DNA of 64,000 nucleotides from the NCBI GenBank assembly GCA_013265495.1, contig MU058423.1, positions 7,760,721 through 7,824,720 on the forward strand. The letters run 5' to 3'. The first letter of the stretch is position 1, and each line of letters opens with the position of its first letter. The position numbers and the translations under genes were made by a program. Below, piece after piece: positions 47,621 through 60,770 of the stretch. The notes below the pieces were generated by a model. It saw only the letters and a program-made list of their open reading frames with translations, searched no databases and had not been told where the DNA came from. The stretch comes from Vicugna vicugna. Taxonomy: Eukaryota.

Positions 47621-50600
47621 TATGTCTATTACAGTTAGGCTCCAACAAGACATCCTGAGAAAACAAATTCCTTTCTGTAAACCCCTGAAAGCTAAACTAA
47701 ATGTTCCAATTTATCCTGCACTCTGAAGTATATTTGACTCAAGCCATGTTAACTCCAATTGAAAAAATAAATATATATATCACCTAAGAATTCCTAAATT
47801 GGGTTAGAACTCAGAGGTTGAATCAAGAAATATTTTGAAATAATTTGTTTTTAAGTATATTATTGTTTTTTTGTGTACAGTCTTTGAAGCTTTAAGAAAT
47901 GGTAAAATAGATTTGTTTTTATCTAGCATGCACAAATGCGAAAGCACACAGAATTACCATTAATTTTTTCCAACTGGAATATCCTTATCCATCAAGTTTT
48001 CCTTTAAGTGTCATTTTAAAAGTATGATGCAATTTGAAAACGCCAAGCAATTACACTGTACCTTTTCTGGTATTCTTCCCTGTAGCCTGGCATAGTCTGA
48101 AAACATACTACATAGTTAAGAAACATTTTTCTTTTGGAATTAGGGCCCTTTATTTCTAAACTCTAAACTTCAGGAAAAAATCATACTTATGAAGTAAATG
48201 TGCTCTTTTCCAAGGAAAATCACAGCAAGGAAGCAATGCAATGTGGCTCAGTATTAAAATCTCGGACAAAGAAGGAAGTGAGATTCCATTTGATATTATC
48301 TCCTATTTGCTCAAAAACATTAAATTTTTAAAAATCATCCTTCTAAAAGAGAAAATATGGAATAGCCTCTCTAAAACACTATTCTTAGTAAGCTAAGGAT
48401 ATTTCCAAGATGGGTAAATATTAAGAAAGAGTGACTCACTTCCTTTGAAAATTTTTTCCTATCTAAAAACCAACAAATAAATAAATGCATAGAAGCAAAA
48501 AAAAATTTATTTTTTTGTTTTCAGGTACATAATAGTTTTTCAAGCTAAAAAGAGACTCAACTGAAATATACTGTCAATATGATTCATCTCAAAAGGAATT
48601 TCAAAAGTTGTCAAAAACCAGGAGAGGATTTTTTTCTTTAATAATCTTACGAACTATGATTCCTAATCATAATCTTAACAGTTGTGTTTACGTTAGGGAC
48701 AGTGATTTTCTTGTTTGCATCAGATGGGACGCTGGATTGTACGATTTGTTTCTTAGCTGTGCACTCCAGAACTGACTGACTATAGGCCAATTTTATGTTT
48801 TCATGTAGAACAATCTTTTTTACCTCTCTAAAGGCTGGTAAATTTGTACCTATTTCTAATAGTATATTCAAACTTTAAGTGGAATGTTTCCTAAGGTATA
48901 GTTCACCACCCACATGAGTTCCTAAGGCTCAAACTGATTTCTAAAAATACTCCCTGTAGTTTCATACACTTTGCCTTGGCTTTCATTTTCATGTTCACTT
49001 AAGGGCTAAACTAGTAATGTGCTCAAAGTATTAGTAGGTTTGGCATTCACAAATTAATTGGGGAGTAGAGTTTACTTAGCATTGCAATTTAGTATCCTCC
49101 GTATAATACTTAACCATTTTACGAAGTCCACTGTGTACATATGTTATTACAAATTATTTAGATTCTAATAAATTTTTAAAAGAACATTTTATTACAAGCA
49201 TCATAACTGCTATCTTGTGTTGGTGGTGATGTTTATTTTTTTATATTTTTTATTGGTTAATATATTTTAGGACAATTGATGGTATTGTTAATTTTGAACA
49301 CATAAATTCATGCATTATCACCATTTTGTTTCTTTCAATATTTTCATTGTCACAGATTATTTTTATGTATGTGATTCACACACATTCACACACACACACA
49401 CACATCTGCAGTCCAAAAAGTTGGAGAAATTTTCCAGGGAAAATTCTCCACACTGGGGTCTAAGAACTTCTTGAGCTCTATGAATATACTCTGGGAAGTT
49501 CTACGATAAGTTTTAAATTTTGTGTTTTTCCTTTCAAAGAGAAGTGAAAAAGGAGCTAAATTTAATCATGTCTTCTACCATCTTGTGACCATTTTTCACC
49601 TTAGTTTTGACCTAGAATTTTATTGCCTGTATTATCTTTGTTTTTTGTCTTTACTGAATTTGCTCTCAAGGAGGGTCAAACGAAGTCAAAGTTAAGAAAT
49701 GATACAAAACAGACATTTTTCAAGAGCTTAATAGAAAAAAGTGATCACAGAATGGAGACACCATATAGGTACAGAGTGCATAAGCATGTCAAACCCGAAT
49801 AAAAAGAGCTACCTACACAACTGCAATAAGTATCACGTGCAAACTGGGAGCGCACAAAGAGCAGCTGCTCTTTCAGGAGCATACCAGCTGCAGCAGTTCA
49901 TCAGTAGTAAGTGTCATGGTAAGTGTGCAAAATAGCTACAAAGCCCTGGACAGAGATTCAGGGATAATACAACATTCTCAAAATTAAAAGATAAAATCAA
50001 TAGGAAATGGAAATTAAAAGATGCCAATAAATCTATATATTATTAAACCTCACCTGGCCAGTTTAAATTCAAGAAAAGAGTTATGTATGCCACATTAATG
50101 CTATTAGTCTACATTTTATTACTTTAGTTTACAAACTTTTAGTCATATAAGAGTAAAATGAATAATAAATTTATTCCTAATCTTTACACATATTTGTTGC
50201 ATGTTTGAACATATATATTACAAAAGTCAATGTGAGTAAACAATGATATCCACAATACTATCATTAATATCATCATTATCATCTACCTTTTAAATGGACC
50301 ATGTGATGACTCTAGCCTAAGAAACCCTGCTCTAGGCTTTAAAACTTCTCAGACACAAACCAGAGTAATTAATACACTTACCACAACCACACAAACACAC
50401 AATGAAAATCTCATAGTTCTTACACCTACACTGCAAATGTAAGGACTATCAAATTCAATCTTATAGCCTATTCTTTTCCATTTTAATTTCAAAAACTATT
50501 TAAGGCCCATTAAATTAATCTGATAACCTAATAATGGTGAAACCATACAATCTGTAAACCACAGCATAGGGACCTTGCCAAACAGTTCAACAGCCTTCAA

Positions 50601-52642
50601 GAGGTACCATGATATGGATCAAAAGTCCAGAATTAGACCAAATAGGAGGGCATGGAGTGTTCAATGGAAAGAGATAAAAGAAGTTAAAAGTCTTACACTC
50701 ACATGGGGTGAGTATAAGACTCTTGGAAAATAATGAACAGACTACGGAATTTAGGTCTACTTTAATATAAGCAAAAAAAAAAAAATCTTTCTGAGGTTTA
50801 CCAAAGTTGAACAGCACATGTTGAAGGTCAAAATCCTCGCTTGAATAAAGAATAATTTAGTCAGCATGTACTGATATGCATAATTTATTTCTACCAACTA
50901 AACTGGAGGTTTGGGGTAGTAGCAGAATCTGCCAGAAACAAGACAACAGATTGTAAACAATAAGCAAATAGAGGAACTTAGTCCAGTGCCAGGGTAAAAC
51001 CCATGAAGAAATAAATCCCATTAACTGAGGTTGGAAATAAAGGTTAGCGGCATGTACAAGGACATAATGACTCCCAGAAAAGGTTTTGCAGATAAACATG
51101 TTAAAACCCTGAGCTCATTCATCTTATTTGTCACGCCACCCTCTGCTGACCTGAAGGTAGTCTTTATGGCTATTGGTATTCATATTTACTCTCTCTGTAA
51201 AAGGCAAAGTGTTCAATACTGGGGTCATGTCCTCTATATATTGGGAGTTCCAAATAAAAGAAATCTCTCAGGTGCTTCTACACCATATAGATTTTCAGCT
51301 CCAATGGGGAAGACATTCCAAATATTTTAATGGCAAGCTTAAAGAAGTCAGCTGTTTTTTTTAATACATGTGACTCCTGTTAGAGAAACCTGAAGTTAAG
51401 CTGTTATGGAACAAACAGTGTAATTGTAGAATAACAATCTGTATTATTATTACATTTACTGGACTGTGAAACATATTTAAAATGAATTTTAAAATGAGAA
51501 TTCAAATATGACAACAAAGAGAAATATTTCATTCACTCATTATGCTATAAACTCTTTTTAAAATGTATAGTATCAAGTGGCAGATTCTTAGAGTATAATT
51601 CTCTCTGAGTTTACACAGCGTAAAATGAATAAAATGCAATCGATCTGAAAAATTATTCTAAGGGTTTAAATTATCTGGACTAAACATCAGCATTGATTTA
51701 ATAAACCAGATGATTTATATGCTTACCATTTTATAGGTCTCAATATACACTGTTAATATCTCAAAAGAGGTTGCTTTACAAATATTAAATAATAATTGGG
51801 AATAATCACCTCTCTTCTGACACCTTATTAGTAGAGCACTTAGCTTATATTTCTGGTTCTCTGTGATACATCTTCTATTAATTGACTTCAATTAATAGAA
51901 TACATCTTCAATTAATTGGAAATCAAATTTAAAACTATTTGTTGCAAAAGTGAAGAGAGCTTTGTTGGCCATGCTCATCCATGAGTTTTACAGCTTCCTC
52001 AGTGACCAAGAACTGACTCACACGGATCTGTAAAGACCCCGTCACTACAGATGAGATCAAATATTCAGGAACTAAGGTTCATTAACAGGATGAAGGAAGG
52101 AAGGAAGGAATGCACACACAATCAATCATACAATCTATTTTTAAAAACTCAAGTCCCATTTATGTTACACTTCACCAAAAAAAACTGAGTGAAGATGACA
52201 GCAAATTATGATAACTTCAATATGTTAAATAATTAAAAGTTTCAAAGGGAGGACAAATATTTGCCTCTAAACAGACACCTTCTTTTGTAGGGTTCTATCA
52301 GGCCCTTTGGTTTTTTTACTGAACGCATGATAATGCTCAGAGTAACTCTGGACATCAATTTGTTGCTGCATTTTGTATACAATGTAAATTTGTCAACATT
52401 TTAAACATACGAGTAAGCAAACTATCTGGTTTCTTTACTGTGAACCAAATTGCCCAAGTAAAATTTTTCAAATTGCTAGAGTAAAAAGTGGGCATTTCTT
52501 TTCTACAAAGACTTTACGTAAGCTTTGTATGATTAAATTAGTCCCGCATTAGAAAAAGCAAAAAGTGTTGTTCTAAATGTGCCTAACTTTACTACTCACA
52601 GTGCATGTAAAGGCAAATTTGAGATTTTGTGAGAAATAGAAG

Positions 52643-52722
52643 ATTGGGTTAAACCATATAAATTGACTATACTCAACATTTATATCTTTTGAAAATGGCA
52701 ATTTCATATGATTCTAATAATA
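52643..52722. mobile_element. MADE2 mariner-derived MITE (~80 bp)
   Basis: 'attgggttaaaccatataaattg...aaaatggcaatttcatatgattctaataata' has paired degenerate TIRs like MADE2. Confidence 0.75.
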
Positions 52723-53639
52723 TGTGTGAAATATCACTACATATCATAATTTTTATAGTAAATAATGTCCCTACTAAACTTGAAACTGTAAACATTAGCA
52801 GTGAATATTAAATGTAGACAGCCTGGTACAGACTCATCAGAAATTTTGCCACTAACACCTATTTTCTTTAATAGCTAAGCACCATGCTTGGCTTTATAAA
52901 AATAAAGTTGGCATCAATATAGATGATCTAATGCATAAAAATATTGCTCTTTACTACTTATCACATCCTGAAAGTATTGAATGGACTTGTGAACCTAAAT
53001 GAAAAAAGACAAATCCATTTAAAATGAGAATACTATACAAGAAACTGATCCAAATATAAAAACTGGGCTTCCTATGAGTAATAGTCGTGGGCAGATCAAT
53101 ATTTTTGTTCTTTTTCCCTGGTGCTTACATTTTATTTTTACTGCTTTTATTTTAACATATTTTTCTAGTAATAACTAGCATATTATTCATACTTTACCCA
53201 TATTCCTTATGTGGAATACTTAATAAGGTATGTTATTATGTTCTCTGAAAATTAATGACCATTTTAAAATTTCCTCTTTGAATTTCTTCAAAAGGTTTAA
53301 ATTGTCCTGCCTAACCCACAGAAGAAGGTATTGCATACTATATGTGCTAGGTTACTAGTTCATGAGGTGGATTGTGTACACATTTGAAATCTCTAGCTAC
53401 ATCCTTCTAAATTCTGAGATCTGCGTAGCAATAATAAAGTCTCCCATCAAAACCTTATCTGCAACTTTCTGACATTATTTCACAAACAGAAGAATACAAG
53501 GTTAAACATTTACTTAACGGTGATTATCTTTTCCTTATTTTTTCCCCAAAATACAAGCTTTGCAGAAAAAAGTGGTCAATTTACTCTATAACCTTGAAAA
53601 TTTTTATTTGGAAAAATTTGATTTATAGTATGTTCACAT

Positions 53640-53812
53640 ATCTTTTTTTTCCTCCCTTCCTTTTCCTCCCTCCCTTCCCTTCTTCCTTCCTCTTTCTGTC
53701 TTTTCTCTCCCTCTTTATCTCTCCACCATTCTGAACCCACCACCCTCACTCCCTCTGCCCCCACTTCTCCCTCTTCCCCCTCCCCACCCCACTCTCTCTC
53801 TCTCTCTCCTTT
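53640..53812. repeat. Polypyrimidine/polypurine low-complexity tract with (CT)n
   Basis: About 170 nt that is almost entirely C/T on the + strand. Confidence 0.9.
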
Positions 53813-54439
53813 TCATTTTAATGTCCACGGCTGTTCAAGCTGCAGTTTTGAATGTCTAGAGGAAGTTGTACTTGTTATATCACTGTGAAAACTAAGCTAT
53901 TAGCAATACCTTATTGGAAGAGAAACTGGTTTCATTAAATGAAATTTTCCGATTACTCAAATATTTGGTTGAGTTAAAATTAAGCTGTATTAAATAAGGT
54001 CTGAAGGACTCATACTACCAGCTGGAAAGTGGAAATATTTGCTGCTTGATTTATTTCACCAGTGATAACCTGTTCTGCTGCCTTGAATTTGCTCTTTTCA
54101 CTTCTACAGAAATTCTACCTTCACAAATTATTTCTTGAATTATGTTTTTAAAATTTAAGCAGTGAATCAAATGATTCTTTCTTCATTGAGTTTTAGAGTT
54201 CAGGATTTTCTCTATACTCAGCACACTGAAAACCCCAAACCTTTTGGGATTTTTTGTGTGTGTTTAATTTTGTTTTCTGCATAATAAGCATGGTGTATAA
54301 GCACGTGAGACAATTAACTCCTTTACATAGACATCAGAAACAAAGTTTTACCTTGATTGGAAGGATAATCAGCTAAGACGCATTTAAAAATTTAAACAAT
54401 TCCTGAGTCATTCTGGTGAGTTCATGTTGGTTATGACAT

Positions 54440-56070
54440 TTTCTTTTGAGACATTATAAAATCACTAGATGTTTATTATAAAAATTTCACAAATTATGGG
54501 AAAGCTTAAAAAGCGATAGAAAAATAATGTCGCTTCTACTCCTAGCATAATATTTCATCACAATCATTTCCTTCCAGATTGTTTCCCTTCCATCTGTGTG
54601 TACGTATGTGCTTGTGTTTACACATAAGTGTATACAAGTGTGGGTGTGCGAAGCATTGTTAAGATTATCACTTGCATGCAGGGGTTATCCTCCTTTTTCC
54701 ACGTCATATTATAACCATTATCCAAGATCATTACAAGCTCTTTAAAAGGCACAATTTCAATATACATGAAAAATCAGACTGAGGACTGCAACATGATTTT
54801 CAGTCCCCTTTGACTGGATTTTTGGGATGTTTCTAACTTACTAGTTATTTGTTACATATATAAAGATATTTTCTTTATACTTTTCCCCTGGATTTTCAAT
54901 TATTTTCTTAGGATGGCTTCTGAGAAGTGGAATTGTTGGTTCAAATGATATTAAAACATATTTAAAATTACAGAAATAAGGCATTTAAATATTACAGGTA
55001 CACAAGAGAAAAACCTGAGCATCTTTCTAATCTCTATAATTTTTTACCCCAAGTTAATTAATGCTAAGAATTATATTTATAATTTTACATAAATTTCCTG
55101 TGTGAGATCAGCATATATAAATATTTATAAAAACTTTTTACATATACATTTTCTGCTTCTTTTATTTCTCTTTAGTGTTTAACCACTGAAAATGAATGAT
55201 AACATAATTGCCCTGCAGTTTGCTTTTTCCTATTTCAAAATGTGAACATTTCTCCAAGTTAATAATTACGGCTAAAACACATTCATGTGAACAGCTGAAT
55301 GTTACTATACAGTACTGATATAATTTATTTAATTACTATGTTACTGACGTTCTGTCATGTTGTTTGAAAAAACACAGCAGTAACTATGGTACATATATCC
55401 TATTTACTGATGATTTTTTTCCTCTTAATAGTCTCAACTGTGGAACTGGTAGAATTTTAACTGACAAAAGATTTTAGCAGTTCACATGTCTTCCCTTCTC
55501 TACCCCTGAAAACCAAGCTGTGTAAGAGATTGCCTGTACTTCACATTAAACTAACTTAAGAGATGTTTTCTATAAGTGAGTTTAAATATATTATTATATG
55601 TTTATTTCTCATTTTCATTTTTTATTTCATGAGTTACATTTCTGTATCTCTTGGCTATTTCTATACTGGATTATTTGACTTTGATTATTAAAATCTAAGA
55701 GTTGTTTAAATTTGAAAGATTTTAAACATTTTCTTTGTCTCATAAATATGTATATATACAATTATTTTCCCCCAATTTATCACTGCTTGTTGTTTTACTC
55801 TGTTTATGGTGTCTTTTGACACAATAAAGTTTTTTTTTTTAATTTTATGGTGTCAAATATTTAAATCTCTTTATTTATATTTATGGTTTTGCATTTTGAT
55901 TATTAAAGCCTCTCCCACCATGAGGTTATACAAAGATTCAATCTACTATATTTTCCTAGTGCATTATTGTTTTTAAAATTTTTCAATAGATAATTTGAAA
56001 AAGGGGGTCTAATTAATTTCAGAAGAGTAGCTTACTGTGCCAATAACAAATACTAAAATATTTAATAATT
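54440..56070 (-). mobile_element. Highly degraded L1ME-type fragments
   Basis: 'ttttcttaggatggcttctgagaagtggaattgttggttcaaa' and 'ctctgtttatggtgtcttttgacacaataaagtttt..aattttatggtgtcaaat' resemble antisense old L1. Confidence 0.6.
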
Positions 56071-56294
56071 TCCCTCTTAAGGGTTCTTAAGAGAAGGAAT
56101 TATATAATTGAGGGTGCATCATATATAAGCAGGAGGAATATGGAGGACTATGACATGATGTTTTATTTATCCTATTATACCAAGAGCCTGTTACAGTATA
56201 TGACATTTAATAAATGCTTGCTGAATGAGTTAGAAATGATCAACAAAGAGAAAATATGGTCTCATAAGTAAACTGGTAAAGGAGTGAGCTACAA

Positions 56295-56482
56295 TTATCT
56301 ATTTGTGCAACAAATCAGCCCAAAACTTAATGTCTAATAAATCTAGTGTCTAAAAGATTGACACAATTTATTACTGTCTCTCACAGCTCTGTGGGTTGAC
56401 AGGCTTCATCTGTGTGACTTCTAATTAAGGTCTCTCATGCAGTTGCAGTCAGATGGCTGAAGGTATCTCAGACAGCTTCACA
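56295..56482 (-). mobile_element. MLT1H/I-like LTR fragment
   Basis: 'aacaaatcagcccaaaacttaatg...ctctcacagctctgtgggttgac...ggtctctcatgcagttgcagtcagatggctg'. Confidence 0.75.
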
Positions 56483-59400
56483 GCATTTCTAGCCTATTTT
56501 ATTTGTTACACGGAAATAGCTCTGATTCAATTTGTAAGGGAATATATAAGAATGATAATATTAGGATGTATGTTCACTGAAGAAAAAGGTACAATCTTGA
56601 AAATTAACTACCACAACTATCTGCTGGGATCTTCCTCCACTGTAAGATCCAGAAAACACTGTCCTAAAACTCACTCCAAGCCCTTGAACCTACTTCTTCC
56701 TTCTCTAGCCTAAATTATTATTATTTGTTTTTGCCTTTGGATTGAACCAGATGTAAAACACCAACACTTTACTTGATAGACACAAAAAATTACCCCCCCA
56801 CTACAGACTCACCATCCAGCCTCACCCCTTTTCAAGATTTTTATGTGTGTTTACATATCTTTTAGCCAAAAGGTGTGATTCAGTACTAGAAAACAAGCAA
56901 CTTAAAACTGAGTAATATTTATCCTTAATTTTGAAAGTCTTTTGGCTTTTCTTTTATCTTTCTTTCTTATGCCTTTCATCTTTTCTCCTCCCTTATCTCT
57001 CTTCTATTCTTTGCCCCATTCCAAATCTCAGGGGGAAAAATAAAAACAAAATCTTCCCATTATTGTAAGCAGTTGGGGAAAAACCTTCCCACTTTGTGTG
57101 TTCACATCCCAAATTCAGCTTCAGGACTCACTTTGAATATTCAAAAATTCAACTTAAGCATTTATATTACCTTTTGCATGAAATTAACTTAATGTTTAGA
57201 GAAGGACTCAACCTCTTCCTTTGTCTCTGATGTCTATATATGTATTAAGGAAAACTGATGTGCTTCAGATTATCCAAGAAAAAAAGAACACAAAGAACAT
57301 CATGACATACAGGTAGAGAAATATGAAAAAAGCAGGTAACAAGTAAAGCGAGAAATCCCCAGGAGACCAGGAAAAATGAGAGAACAATGGAACAGGTTTG
57401 GGGCTCCAAAAAGTCCATGGATGAAACCTAGAAAACAAAAGATTTAAGAAGAATCCAAGGAGAGTACAGATTCTTCTAAATCAATGATGGTGTTGTGAAT
57501 GAATGTTCATAAACACACCTAGATTTCTGCCTATTTTGTAAGGCTCTTGGTGATAGTGGTTCCACAGATAGGAAGAGACAGTACAAACCAGGGCAAAAAA
57601 AAAAAAGTGATAGCAAGAAGTAATGGAACCTTTTCCCTTATCTCTTCTCCTTTGATGTTTCTTATTCTAAATATTTATTAGTGTCATAAATGTATTAAGC
57701 TCTGAAAATATCTGACTCATACGCACATTAATCTGTAACTCTAATAAAAGCATGCATTTTTAAGAATGCAAAGATAAAATAAATATATAAAATAGTACAC
57801 AATATATGTCATTGCATGTAACTTCGAAATCATAGCGCATACTGCTATGGCCAAAAAAGCGGGGGGACGGGTACAGACAGTTACACTAAAACTGGCCTCA
57901 GCCCCGGGTGGAAAAGCCAAGGAACTAGAATATGGCTTTACAAGGGACATAAGTGGACACTGCCAAAAGTACTAAGGGCATTTCACCTTCCATACAACAG
58001 TAAGGGAGACGGATTTCTGAAATATACAATAGGATGTGCTCCTCCTACCACTTAGACGTCAGGGAGCTTAAATCACAGTAGAGTAAGAAATGATTTGAAA
58101 TTTTTTATGACTACATTATTTTAACTGGCAGTAGAAATCCTGAAAAAATTTTCTATTCCTTTTAATTATATACACAGATTAAAAACAAACAAACAAACAA
58201 ACAAAAACAGTAAAACCAGCAGGTAAACACTCAGATTTGATCCCAGACTCCTCTTGGGTTAAAGTCATGGAAATGTGGCTTTCTTTTGTTTTGTTTGTCA
58301 TTTGCAGTATAGTTTATGTTTTTCTTCTATTTCCCTAGAATGCTAATGGTCCCTGGGGTTGTTGGTGCAAAGAAGGGCTGACTGCTAGGAATAAACTTGG
58401 ACTCACTTAATCCTCATGTCTTATTTATTCCCTATCTTCACTCAAGCAAGATCCATGGTAAATTAACCACTACCAAACACCTTAAACTAAAGAATGATGA
58501 CCAAAGAAATTCTAACCAGGTTCACGGAGAGGAATACATATAGAAGACAAAAATTAGTCAAAATAGGTAAGAAATGAGAATGGGAATTTCTACTCTCTCA
58601 TCTGTTGCTCTAACTTGAGATTCTGACAGATGTAGTCAATGCGACCCATAAAGGGAGAGGTATGATAGGAATGGTGCAGTGGGTAGAAAGAAATTTCTTC
58701 ACGCTAGTGGTCTTCCTGACCCTTAACTTCTAGACTGTACTGAGCAGCTACGGTTTCCATGGCTGTACACAAAGTTACTTGGTTCCCCAGGAAATGCATG
58801 GGTTTGGTGTATTTCAAATTCGTGTCTAATTCATAAACAACTGGAATACCAGTGGGTTCATTCAGCCCTGACCCTGTCACGATGGTCTTTACAAAAAGAT
58901 ACTCAGATGTTTGATAGTCTCCTGAAGACTTTTGTCATAGTCTACAATTGGTATCCACTTCACCTTCTTGATTTATAAACTATCTAAAAGGGTAAGACTA
59001 GGCCTTGGTACTATTTAGACATTCACCAAAGGGTAGCTAATGTGCAGCAGAATATATACAGGGATGCTCCTCCCTGCTGCTGCTGCAGAAGGGGTGATCG
59101 GAGTCTTTCATCAGAGATTGAGCTATTTTCCTGGCATTTCCATCCTTGACAGACATCCCTTCTTTTTGAGATTGGTCAGACCTTCATAAGATTGCTCACT
59201 ATTGGCAACTGAAATTGGTCATTGTCACCAGGCACTGTCCAGAGGACCTACATAACTGTCTTCTGTAGAAAGATGCAGCAGATGTCAAAATAACAGCCAG
59301 ACTCTCATACTTTACCTTCTCATGCCCTGCCAGGCTAATCAGTGTTGCCCCTGCAGCTAAAGCAGTTTTCCAGGTTACAAGAGCTCTCAAGGTACCAGAT

Positions 59401-60659
59401 CAGGATATATAAAAATTTTGTATGAATAACTTTCTATGTACTGTATATAAGATAAAACTAATGAAACTATGTTATGTGGATTGAATTTTCTTGAAGCTCA
59501 TGACTAAAGCTGTAATCAGTGAAGAAACAGTTAATGATTCCGACACGTTTCATCAGAAAGCTAAACATAATGTTAAATATTGAGGCAAGAGTACAGAAAA
59601 AAACAGATAGGATTTCTGACAGTAAAAGGACTAAATGTTTGTTGCATCAACTACTCTGTATAATCCCAGATTATAGGGGATGGAGGACATTCCCTAAAGT
59701 GGAGTTTTTTTTTTACCTACTACCTACTATTTTCCCTGACAATAAGAATGCAATTTAGGAAAAACTTGATTTTTAAGTAGTTTTGCGTCTTACAAATTCA
59801 TGCTACTGCTGACTCTGTGAATATTTAAGAACTTCAGAAAATGATTTACAAAATGGTCTTATGTCAGTCTTCTATAAATTAAAATTTTCTGAGTGTGGAA
59901 TAGAAGATATCTGACTATTTGCGATCAGAATTGCATTTATCAAAACGGCATTCAATCAATCCATAGCTAAATCTAGGCTTCTATATAAACCCACTTTCAT
60001 TATGTGAATTAGTAATATCCCAGCCATGATAAAAGATAGCAGAAAAGGATTTTGGAACCAGACCCAATGCATTGCATCAAAAGGGAAAACAGCTTATTAA
60101 ATCCAAGAAAGACATACAAAATATCTGACAAATATCAACTGAAATCTTTTATAAAGAAAAGATGAAATAATATAGAGCACAGCAACAAATAATTTAAGAT
60201 ACAGCAAAACAGCTAAAATATTGAACTGAAAGAAGAGTATTATTTTTTAGGAATAGTTTTTCATTTTGTAAAATACATATACTATCAAAATGAGAAAAAT
60301 ATGAACAAATTCAGAAGGTCACTATTCAAACTATGTTGTACAGTCAGCAGCACACATAAATAATATCTTGAAAACTGATACTGAAAATAAAATACAGTGA
60401 TTAACAAACAAGTCTCAGGCCATATTTTTTTGTATTTTAGACAAAAATGGATTCTGATTAGTCCCTGACAAAATAATGGTACCATAGTCCACTAGGATCC
60501 CATGACATCCTCTAAAGAGAAGTTTTACAGCTCTCCTTTAATTTTGTCAGAATCTGACAGCTGAGAAGAAAATTCAACTCCTTCCAAATCACTCCTTCAC
60601 ATTTTTCTCCCTTGGTGACATTCCATAGAACTTTCACAGTCATTGCTGGTCAACATGAT

Positions 60660-60770
60660 AACAAATATGATTAAACTATATATATTATTTATATATATAT
60701 ATGGCTAAACTGTATATACGGATAAACTATACATATATATAAAATATCTATATATCTATATATATATCCC
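60660..60770. repeat. TA-rich low-complexity tract
   Basis: Repeated 'aaactatatata'-like units and (TA)n. Confidence 0.75.

Noticed and set aside
48647..48871. 74-aa minus-strand ORF ending at a 'gtaaga' donor-like site
   Set aside because: No convincing polypyrimidine acceptor and no recognisable protein similarity.
57240..57660. Purine-rich segment, possibly an old L1/HAL1 5' region or LTR
   Set aside because: I could not match it confidently to any family.
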